A DNA stretch of 38,616 bases from the NCBI GenBank assembly GCA_043754515.1, contig JAYUUO010000136.1:1-38616 (forward strand), written 5' to 3'. The DNA is from Armatimonadota bacterium (GTDB taxonomy: Bacteria; Armatimonadota; Armatimonadia; Armatimonadales; Armatimonadaceae). The position numbers and the translations under genes are program-made. The notes under the pieces are model-generated. The model did no database searches and had not been told where the DNA came from. It was given only the letters and a program-made list of their open reading frames with translations. Positions 19,030-26,537 of the stretch are shown here, one piece after another. The stretch's first letter is position 1; each line of letters opens with the position of its first letter.

Positions 19030-19058
19030 AGTGTAATCGGTGTGTGCCGGTTTGTCAA
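19030..19058 (-). promoter_or_regulatory. internal sigma70-type promoter upstream of nuoJ
   Basis: TTGACA (19058-19053), 17 nt, TACACT (19035-19030) in the nuoI-nuoJ spacer. Confidence 0.8.
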
Positions 19059-19064
19059 CCGGGA

Positions 19065-19544
19065 TCAGTCTACCCGCTCGCGGTTCGGATCGGGCACGAG
19101 GAGCATTTCTTTCGTGTATATCAGCGCGGCACGGTTATCTTCAGACAGCTCGAACTGGTCTTTCAACTGCACCGCGCCGGTCGGGCACGCCTCCGCGCAG
19201 AACCCACAGTAGATGCACCGGATCATGTTGATCTCGTAGCGCACGGCGTACCGCTCGCCCGGCGAGAACCGCGCCGCCTCGGTGTTCTCGTCCGCGACGA
19301 CCAGAATCGCGTTCGCTGGGCACGCACCGGCGCAGAGCGAGCAGCCGATGCACTTCTCCATGCCGTTGTCGTACCGGTTGAGCACGTGCCGCCAGCGGGC
19401 GCGGACGCCCATCGGACGACGGAACTCGGGGTAGGAGATAACGGTCTTCTCTTCCGCCAGTTTCGCGGTGACGGTCATCAAGCCCTTGAACGGCGCGACG
19501 ACTTCTTTCGCTATTTGTTTAACATCCGCCCAAAAATCAGCCAT
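19065..19544 (-). CDS. nuoI: NADH-quinone oxidoreductase subunit I
   Basis: two CxxCxxCxxxCP motifs ('CIGCSLCAGACP', 'CIYCGFCAEACP'); 'YPE'. Confidence 0.97.
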   Translation of the reverse strand: MADFWADVKQIAKEVVAPFKGLMTVTAKLAEEKTVISYPEFRRPMGVRARWRHVLNRYDNGMEKCIGCSLCAGACPANAILVVADENTEAARFSPGERYAVRYEINMIRCIYCGFCAEACPTGAVQLKDQFELSEDNRAALIYTKEMLLVPDPNRERVD

Positions 19545-19584
19545 AAGTTTGTTCTTCTATTTGCGTGGTGAGGTCTCGAAAAGG

Positions 19585-21114
19585 CTACGCCTCCGCCGCC
19601 GGGACCCCCGAAGGCGTCGCCGTGATCGTGGTCGGACGGCGGATCGGCGCGGGGCGATCGTTGTAGAACGCCTCGGTGATCGCGAGCGCGCCGTTCCCCG
19701 GTAGCGGTGGGGCGACCTCGTCCTTGTTACGCTCGTCGTACCCGGCCTTTACGCCGAGGAATACCAGTAGCACTATGAACGCCCCTACCCCGACCGCGAT
19801 CAGATGCGCCGCGAGACGCAACAGCGGGTTCGCCGCCGTGCCCGGTCGCGCGGGGTCGAGTGCCTCCTGCAACGCCATGGAGAGCGCGATCAGGAACACA
19901 TTCACTAACGCCGTCGGGAGCAGGAACTTCCAGCCGAAGCGCATCAGCATATCGTAGCGCAGGCGCGGGTACGAGGCCCGCACCAGGATAAAGAACCCGA
20001 TCAGTATTATCAGTTTCGACACGAACCAGAACGGCGCGACCAGCGAATGGTTGGCGAAGTTCACCGCCCAGTCCGGGATCAGGCCGCCCGCCGCCCCCGC
20101 CGGGATCTGCGACAGAAACCCGAACGGCGCGAGGTAGCCGCCGAAGAACAGCGTGACGCAGACCGCCGATACGACAAGCATGTTCGCATACTCGCCCATG
20201 AAGAACATGGCGAACTTGAACGACGAGTACTCGGTGTGAAAACCCGCGACCAGTTCCGTCTCCGCTTCTGGCAGGTCGAATGGGGCGCGGTTCGTTTCGG
20301 CGATCATTGACACCATGAACACGAAAGACGCGATGAAGCCGAATGGGAACAGGCGCAAGAAGTTCCAGTCCCAGAACCCCGAGCTAGCCGCGTGCTCGTA
20401 CATCGTGTACCGCGACGCCGCGAACTGCTTGACCACCATCACCCCTTGCCCGTTGATAAGTTCATCCCCGACGCGCGGCGTGACATGGGCACCGGCGGCA
20501 TTCGTCACGTAGCCATGCACTATCTGTTGCGTGTCGAGCGAGCCAGTCATCAGCACCACGCAGATCACCGCGAGACCCAGACCCAATTCGTAGGAGATCA
20601 CCTGCGACGCCGCCCGCAACCCGCCGAGGAGCGAATATTTGTTATTGGAGGACCAGCCCGCGAGAATCACGCCGTATACCTCAATGGAGGCGACCGCCAG
20701 CACGAACAGGACGCCGATATTCAAGCCCGGCGCGATCATGCCCCAGTCCGGCGACGAGTTCCAAGGAAGCACCGTCACCGCCATAATGACCGGAACCAGC
20801 GCGACAATCGGCGCGATGTAGTAGAGCGTCTTGTCAACGTTAGTCGGCGTGATGTCCTCTTTCAGCATCAGTTTCAGCGCGTCCGCGAACGGTTGGAGCA
20901 AACCGAACGGCCCGACGCGGTTCGGACCGAGTCGGCCCTGCGCCAGCGCGAGTAGCCGCCGCTCGCCCCAGACCAGGAACGGGACCGATCCGAGCGCGCC
21001 GAGCACGCCGATGACGAGGCGTAGCACGGAGCGAACCACCTCCGCGCTCCACGAGATGTCGTTGCTGGGCAGGACGAAAAGTTGCCGCCAAATATCGCTG
21101 TTTACAAAATCCAT
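19585..21114 (-). CDS. nuoH: NADH-quinone oxidoreductase subunit H
   Basis: 'ERRLLALAQGRLGPNRVG', 'QPFADALKLMLKE', 'SNNKYSLLG', 'ETNRAPFDLPEAETELVAGFHTEY', 'PRLRYDMLM'. Confidence 0.97.
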   Translation of the reverse strand: MDFVNSDIWRQLFVLPSNDISWSAEVVRSVLRLVIGVLGALGSVPFLVWGERRLLALAQGRLGPNRVGPFGLLQPFADALKLMLKEDITPTNVDKTLYYIAPIVALVPVIMAVTVLPWNSSPDWGMIAPGLNIGVLFVLAVASIEVYGVILAGWSSNNKYSLLGGLRAASQVISYELGLGLAVICVVLMTGSLDTQQIVHGYVTNAAGAHVTPRVGDELINGQGVMVVKQFAASRYTMYEHAASSGFWDWNFLRLFPFGFIASFVFMVSMIAETNRAPFDLPEAETELVAGFHTEYSSFKFAMFFMGEYANMLVVSAVCVTLFFGGYLAPFGFLSQIPAGAAGGLIPDWAVNFANHSLVAPFWFVSKLIILIGFFILVRASYPRLRYDMLMRFGWKFLLPTALVNVFLIALSMALQEALDPARPGTAANPLLRLAAHLIAVGVGAFIVLLVFLGVKAGYDERNKDEVAPPLPGNGALAITEAFYNDRPAPIRRPTTITATPSGVPAAEA

Positions 21115-21117
21115 AGG

Positions 21118-23403
21118 TTACTTCGGGAGCGTACGCGTGTATTCGCGATAAATATCGCGCGCGCTGAAATACGGCACTGGCGTTCCGAGCCGCGCCATCA
21201 GGTCCGCCAAAATACGCCAGTCCGGGCGCGACTCGCCGCGCGGGCGGATCGCCTCGCGGATTTTCTGTTCGCGCCCTTCGATGTTCACGAACGTGCCGTC
21301 CTTCTCCGCGAACGACGACGCGGGGAGCACGATGTCGGCGCGCTTCGCCGTCTCCGTCAGGAACATATCCGACACGACCACGAACGGCGCGGCATCGAAC
21401 GCCCGCCCTACAAGGGCCGGGTCCATATATTTCGCCACGGGGTCGCTCCCCATAATATAGAGCATCCGCACGGTGCCCGCCGCCGCGCCCGTCAAGAACT
21501 CCATGGTTGTGCCGCCCGCCCGCTCCGGGAGCGGGGCGTTCCAAAACCGCGCTAAATGCTCGCGCGCCCGAATATCGCTCACGGGCAGCCCGCCCGGAAG
21601 CAGGTCCGGCATCGCGCCCGCCCGCGCCGCGCCCCACGAGTTGGCGTCGGGGAGCAGGATGTTCAGTTTCGCGCCCGTCTTCCGGCACAGCGCGACGGCA
21701 AGCGCGACCTGCGCCTGCGGCACGGAATGCGCGAGGAGTAGCACCGCGCCCGCACCCGCCGCGCGGAAAGCGGTCTCTATATCGGTGTCCACCGTATCGG
21801 ACTTGTACCAGGTGGCCTGCTTCTTGCTGACGGCTTTGTTGACGCGCAGGAAGACGATAGGCTGGTCGAAATCGAGCGCGCCGAAGCCGACCGACGCGAT
21901 CACTGGGAAGTTCTCGATGTCGGCGATGCCGGTCTGCATCGGGATCAGCGGATACGACGAGAGCCGGTGGTCAATGTTGTTCGTGCCGATCTGCGCCCGC
22001 ATCAGGCGCGAGAGCAGGTAGTTTTCCTCAAGTGTCGCCGTGGCCGAGCCGAGTGCCGCGATAGCGTCCGCGCCGAACTCCGCCTTGACCCGCGTGATCT
22101 TGTCCGCGACGAGGCGCAGGGCCTCATCCCACGTGATCTCCTCGAAGCCGGACGCGGTCTTGGTCAGCGGCTTGGTCAGGCGGTTCGGGTCGTTAACGTA
22201 ATACTGGCCGAACTTACCCCGGTCGCACGACCACTCCTCGTTAATGTCCTCGTTCGTGCGGGCGTTCACGCGCACCATCTCGCCGAGGCGGGTCTGCACC
22301 GCGACGTTACACCCGTTGCCGCACGCCGCGCAGATCGAGTCGGTGGACTTGACCTCCCACGGGCGACCGGCGAACCGGTACGTGCGCGACGTCAGCGCGC
22401 CGACCGGACAAATCTCGATCACGTTGCCGGAAAAGTTCGACGTGAACTCCTGGCCGTAGAACGTCCCGATCTCCGTGTTCGCCCCGCGGTTGATCAACGT
22501 CAGTTGCCCGTCGCCCGCGATCTCCTCGGTGAACCGGGTACAGCGCATGCACTGGATGCACCGCTCGCGATCCAGAATCACATAGTCGGAAAGGGGCAAC
22601 GCCTTGATATAGTGCCGCTTCTCCTCAATGAAGCGCGACACCGGCGGGCCGTAGGTCACGGTCATATTCTGGAGCGGGCACTCGCCGCCCCGGTCGCAGA
22701 CCGGGCAGTCGAGCGGGTGGTTCGCCAGCAGGAACTCCAGGATGCCGTTCTGCGCCTTCTTGACGTCCGCCGTTTGCGTCTGTATGACGACGTTATCCTG
22801 CGCGATGGGAATAGTACAGGACGCCAGGTTCGCTGCGCGCCGCGCCCCGAACTGCTCGAGTTCGATGGATACGATACACATCCGGCACGCCCCGACCGAG
22901 GTCAGGCGCGGGTGGTAGCAGAAGTACGGCACGTCGGCACCGGCGCGGAAGCACGCTTCGATGGCGAGGGTGCCCTTCGGGACCTGCACCTTCACGCCGT
23001 CCACGGTGACGTTGAACAGTTCCACGCCCGCCGCCGCCGCCTGCGCGTGTTGCGACTCGACGGTTTTGGCGTCCTGCTTTTCGAGCGGTGCCTTGTCGCG
23101 GGGAGCGTTTGTGCCCGTGGTCGCCGCCGCGCCCGCATCGGCCGTGTTCACCGCGCCGCCGCCTGCCTGCGTCGAGGACGCCGCCGGTTGCGCCGCCTCC
23201 TTACCCGCCTCTTTCGCCGCCGCCTCGAGAGTGGCCGCGCCGCCGGGCGTGTTGGTCGGGTTGGTGTTACCCTGTCGCGCCGAGTTTTCGGCGATGGTCA
23301 TCTGCGCGGGCGACGCCGCACCGGAAGCGTTCGCGGGTTCCATGGGGTTCGTCTGCGCCCCACGAATCTCGCCGTTGTCGTCGTTCTTGATTTTTCGTGC
23401 CAC
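21118..23403 (-). CDS. nuoG: NADH-quinone oxidoreductase subunit G with disordered N-terminal extension
   Basis: N1b 'FCYHP..GACRMC..ASC', N5 'HPLDCPVCDRGGEC', N4 'CIQCMRC..CPVGAL', N7-type 'CAACGNGC..SCDRG'. Confidence 0.96.
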   Translation of the reverse strand: MARKIKNDDNGEIRGAQTNPMEPANASGAASPAQMTIAENSARQGNTNPTNTPGGAATLEAAAKEAGKEAAQPAASSTQAGGGAVNTADAGAAATTGTNAPRDKAPLEKQDAKTVESQHAQAAAAGVELFNVTVDGVKVQVPKGTLAIEACFRAGADVPYFCYHPRLTSVGACRMCIVSIELEQFGARRAANLASCTIPIAQDNVVIQTQTADVKKAQNGILEFLLANHPLDCPVCDRGGECPLQNMTVTYGPPVSRFIEEKRHYIKALPLSDYVILDRERCIQCMRCTRFTEEIAGDGQLTLINRGANTEIGTFYGQEFTSNFSGNVIEICPVGALTSRTYRFAGRPWEVKSTDSICAACGNGCNVAVQTRLGEMVRVNARTNEDINEEWSCDRGKFGQYYVNDPNRLTKPLTKTASGFEEITWDEALRLVADKITRVKAEFGADAIAALGSATATLEENYLLSRLMRAQIGTNNIDHRLSSYPLIPMQTGIADIENFPVIASVGFGALDFDQPIVFLRVNKAVSKKQATWYKSDTVDTDIETAFRAAGAGAVLLLAHSVPQAQVALAVALCRKTGAKLNILLPDANSWGAARAGAMPDLLPGGLPVSDIRAREHLARFWNAPLPERAGGTTMEFLTGAAAGTVRMLYIMGSDPVAKYMDPALVGRAFDAAPFVVVSDMFLTETAKRADIVLPASSFAEKDGTFVNIEGREQKIREAIRPRGESRPDWRILADLMARLGTPVPYFSARDIYREYTRTLPK

Positions 23404-23468
23404 GGTTATTGTTTAGTTTCTATTCGCTGGTGCTAGCGGTGATTGGTTCGGAGTCACGTCGCCATCGG

Positions 23469-23726
23469 CTATCTTAAACGTGCCAGAACCGCGTCAATTT
23501 GAACGAGGTTCGCGCGCATCGCTTCCGCCGACAGCCGGGCGATTTCGCGGCTCTCGGCGATGGACGCTCGGACACGATCAATCTCAGCGAATGTCGCGTC
23601 TGTCTTTGCTAAAACATCGTTCGGGCTTCCCGCGGATGTACTCACATCCGGCGTTCCGAAAAACGGTTGTAGCATCTGCTCGATGCGGGCAACCCGTTCG
23701 TCCATTATCGTCGCAGTCTCTGACAC
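23469..23726 (-). CDS. small hypothetical helical protein (A' of the inserted cassette)
   Basis: GGAGG SD 9 nt before GTG 23726; amphipathic C-terminus resembling the disrupted ORF at 24014-24242. Confidence 0.6.
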   Translation of the reverse strand: MSETATIMDERVARIEQMLQPFFGTPDVSTSAGSPNDVLAKTDATFAEIDRVRASIAESREIARLSAEAMRANLVQIDAVLARLR

Positions 23727-24013
23727 GCCCAATCGCCTCCCGCACGGGCCGTATCGCCCTCTATCTGCTTCGTAGGCGACACAAGCGAGGGACGCTCCGC
23801 TTGCAGTAGCGCGTTTTGAACTCGCGACAAGAGGTTTTCCTCGCGGAGCCGTGACTCACGGTCATTCGATTCTACCTTTGTTCGGAGTGATTGCATCGCG
23901 AGCGTCAAATCCCGAATCTCTTTTTGCAGATCGACGATACTTCGCTTCGACTCCTCCATATCCGCTGTCAATCGAAACAACTGTTGTGTAAACTCGAACT
24001 AGTCTTTGAACAT
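23705..24013 (-). pseudogene. coiled-coil hypothetical with in-frame TAG at codon 5 (B of the cassette)
   Basis: TAAATG junction with the upstream frame; reads MFKD*FEFTQQLFRLTADMEESKRSIVDLQKEIRDL...; TAG at 24001-23999; continuous heptad pattern afterwards. Confidence 0.65.
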
Positions 24014-24242
24014 TTACGCCAGTCCTAAATCGGACTTCAGACGGTTCAATGCGACCCGCGTCCCGGCGGCGTAGATCTTCGCTCCCTTTTTGCTGGCGTC
24101 AATCTGCGAGTTCAGCCACTTCATCTCGGACTTCATTCACTCGATCTGGTGCTTCGGCGTCCTTAGCCTGCTCCTCGGACATCCCGAAGATCATGTCGCG
24201 CCATTTCTCCGCGTCCTGCTCGATTGTTGTTGCCGCTACCAT
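24014..24242 (-). pseudogene. small hypothetical with apparent +1 frameshift and internal TGA (A of the cassette)
   Basis: SD AGGGGTG then MVAATTIEQDAEKWRDMIFGMSEEQAKDA; shifted frame continues KHQIE*MKSEMKWLNSQIDASKKGAKIYAAGTRVALNRLKSDLGLA to TAA 24016-24014. Confidence 0.55.
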
Positions 24243-24295
24243 TTGTGACACCCCTGAAATAAGGTACCGAACAGACACCTCACCGCCCCGCGCGG

Positions 24296-25588
24296 CTACC
24301 CCATCACCAGATCTTTGCCTGTCCGAATATAAGCCAGGTACTCGTCGCGGAACAGCGTCAGACTCGTCATCACGGGCCAGATCGCGCCCTCGCCCAATGC
24401 ACAGAACGACTTGCCACGGATGTTGTCGCAGATGTCCCAGATCAGATCTAGGTCCGCCTCGCGCCCGCCGCCCTCGACGATCCGGGCGTAGATCTTGCTC
24501 AGCCAGTTCAGCCCTTCGCGGCACGGCGTACACTTGCCGCACGATTCGTGGTGGTAAAAGTCCACGAGCCGCCGCGTGATCGGCACGATCTGCGTCGTCT
24601 TATCGAAAATAATCAGGCCGCCCGACCCCAGCCCGAGTGTTTTCGTGCTGGCCGGTATCCCTTCGTAGTCGAACGGGTAATCGAGCGGCTCGGGCGGCGC
24701 GAAGCCCATTGAGGAGCCGCCGGGTATGTAGGTCTTCATATTCTCCAGACCGCCCGTAACGCCGCCCGCTATCTCCAGCACTTCGCGGAACGGCGTGCCG
24801 AGCACGATCTCGTACACGCCCGGCTTGTTGACGTGCCCCGAGATCGAGAACAGTTTCGTGCCGCGCGAGCGGGGCGAGCCGTAGCCGATCTTGCTGTACG
24901 CCTCGCCGCCCATCTCCAGAATCGGCACCACGGTCGAGATCGTTTCCACGTTGTTCACCACGGTCGGGCGTTGCCACACGCCACTGATCATCGGGAGCGG
25001 GGCCGCCGGGGGCTTGAGGCGCGGCATCCCGCGCTCGCCCATCAGGCTTGACATCAACGCCGACTCTTCGCCGCACTCGTACGAACCCGCGCCCAGGTGC
25101 GTGTAGATGTCGAAGTCCAGGCCCGACCCGAGCACGTTCTTTCCGCAGTAGCCCGCCTTGTACGCCTCGTTGATCGCGTGCTGGACCGCCTTCCAGGGCG
25201 CGATATACTCGCCCCTGATGTAGATGTAGCACTTCGACGACCGCAGGGCGACCATGGATGCGAGGCACCCCTCGATCAGCAGGTGCGGCAGGAAGTTCAT
25301 CAGGTCGCGGTCCTTGGCGGTGCCCGGCTCGCCCTCATCCGCGTTGATCACCAGGTAATGCTCCGCGTCCCGGTTCTTCGGGACGGCGGACCATTTGATG
25401 TGCGTCGGGAAGCCCGCCCCGCCGCGCCCGCGTAGCCCCGACACCTTGATCTCGTTGATCACAGCGTCCGGCTCCATCGCGAGGGCTTTCTTGAACGACG
25501 TGTAGCCGCCGTGCGCGACATAGGTGTCCAGGAACTTGATGCCCGGTACATAACGGTTCTTGTAAAGAAGTTGCGGCTGTTCGCTCAT
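24296..25588 (-). CDS. nuoF: NADH-quinone oxidoreductase subunit F
   Basis: 'SGLRGRGGAGFPT', 'NADEGEPGTAKDR', 'GAGSYECGEESAL', 'HESCGKCTPCREG', 'SFCALG'. Confidence 0.97.
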   Translation of the reverse strand: MSEQPQLLYKNRYVPGIKFLDTYVAHGGYTSFKKALAMEPDAVINEIKVSGLRGRGGAGFPTHIKWSAVPKNRDAEHYLVINADEGEPGTAKDRDLMNFLPHLLIEGCLASMVALRSSKCYIYIRGEYIAPWKAVQHAINEAYKAGYCGKNVLGSGLDFDIYTHLGAGSYECGEESALMSSLMGERGMPRLKPPAAPLPMISGVWQRPTVVNNVETISTVVPILEMGGEAYSKIGYGSPRSRGTKLFSISGHVNKPGVYEIVLGTPFREVLEIAGGVTGGLENMKTYIPGGSSMGFAPPEPLDYPFDYEGIPASTKTLGLGSGGLIIFDKTTQIVPITRRLVDFYHHESCGKCTPCREGLNWLSKIYARIVEGGGREADLDLIWDICDNIRGKSFCALGEGAIWPVMTSLTLFRDEYLAYIRTGKDLVMG

Positions 25589-25610
25589 GCGTATAACGCT
25601 TTCTAAATCT

Positions 25611-25628
25611 TTGCGACTTTTTTCACAA
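25611..25628 (-). promoter_or_regulatory. Rex-like operator in the nuoF leader
   Basis: TTGTGAAAAAAGTCGCAA vs Rex consensus TTGTGAA-N4-TTCACAA (2 mismatches). Confidence 0.7.
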
Positions 25629-25683
25629 ACTCGGGCAACGGAACCCCGCCCCCCCGCCCTTCGCCGACGGTTTCACCTCCAGT

Positions 25684-25712
25684 ATACTACTTCCCCTGGC
25701 CTGTTTTGTCAA
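25684..25712 (-). promoter_or_regulatory. sigma70-type promoter for nuoF
   Basis: TTGACA (25712-25707), 17 nt, TAGTAT (25689-25684), overlapping a TATACT. Confidence 0.75.
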
Positions 25713-25840
25713 TCCGTCGCGCTCGGGCGACTGCGTCATTCATCTGTCGGGTAGCACATAACACGGCAACAGGATACCCGCCGCCGCCGGTCACGCGGAC
25801 GTTCGGAATACAATCGCTCTGGCGCGGGTCGCGCGTCGGG

Positions 25841-25869
25841 TTGCGCGTGGCGCGTGGGGTCGGTATAAT
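25841..25869 (+). promoter_or_regulatory. sigma70-type promoter for greA
   Basis: TTGCGC (25841-25846), 17 nt, TATAAT (25864-25869). Confidence 0.7.
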
Positions 25870-25885
25870 TTTTCCTAAAATGTCG

Positions 25886-25915
25886 AACGCCCCGCGCGGT
25901 ATCTCGCGGGGCGTT
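25886..25915 (+). promoter_or_regulatory. GC-rich hairpin in the greA leader (possible attenuator)
   Basis: 11-bp perfect stem AACGCCCCGCG/CGCGGGGCGTT, 8-nt loop, followed by TCCTGTTCGTATTT. Confidence 0.55.
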
Positions 25916-25954
25916 TCCTGTTCGTATTTCAACCCCGGTACCCGTTTAACAAGA

Positions 25955-26425
25955 ATGCCCAGCGAATTTCAAATCACCGCCTCCGATCGGCGCAAACTCG
26001 AAGAAGAACTTACGCAGTTGCGGAGCGTGGAGATGCCCGCGCTCGCCGAACGCATCCGCGAAGCCCGCGACCTCGGAGACCTGTCGGAGAACTTCGACTA
26101 CCAGGACTCGAAACGGCAACAGGGGTTCATCGGCGGTCGCATGAAAGACATCGAAGCCCTACTTGATCGCGCCACCGTGGTGGACGAGGCCGTCGCCGGG
26201 TCGGGCGTGGTCGGACTCGGCTCGAAGGTCACCGTTTATGACCTCGACTTCGACGAGGAGTTGGTTTACACACTGGTCGGTAGTTCGGGGAACGCGACCT
26301 CCGCCGATCACATCTCGGTCTCGTCGCCGGTCGGGGTCGGACTCATGGGGCGCAAGGTCGGCGAAACGATTACGGTCGTCACGCCGGGCGGCCAGAGCCG
26401 GTTCAAGATAGTCAGCGTCGGGTAG
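25955..26425 (+). CDS. greA: transcription elongation factor GreA
   Basis: 'LEEELTQL..IREARDLGDLSEN', 'GLGSKVTV', 'YTLVG', 'ISVSSPVG..LMG', 'TPGG'; ATG 25955. Confidence 0.95.
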   Translation: MPSEFQITASDRRKLEEELTQLRSVEMPALAERIREARDLGDLSENFDYQDSKRQQGFIGGRMKDIEALLDRATVVDEAVAGSGVVGLGSKVTVYDLDFDEELVYTLVGSSGNATSADHISVSSPVGVGLMGRKVGETITVVTPGGQSRFKIVSVG

Positions 26426-26537
26426 CGGCGCGACTCAAGTGGGAACTTGTGGCGCGGCGGCACTGTCATAGCACACGCCCGCGAAATGTCGCGCGGTAAT
26501 ATTATCCTGACGCGCATCCCCTCTTCCGCCGAAATAT

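Noticed and set aside
21967..23436. 489-aa plus-strand ORF
   Set aside because: Antisense shadow of nuoG
23999..24139. Selenocysteine or pyrrolysine recoding of the in-frame TGA/TAG
   Set aside because: No Cys/redox context or evident SECIS-like hairpin; TAG and TGA act as normal stops elsewhere in the window; an accompanying frameshift favours decay
25706..25954. N-terminal extension of GreA in the ORF track
   Set aside because: Spans the promoter and leader hairpin; GreA homology begins at ATG 25955
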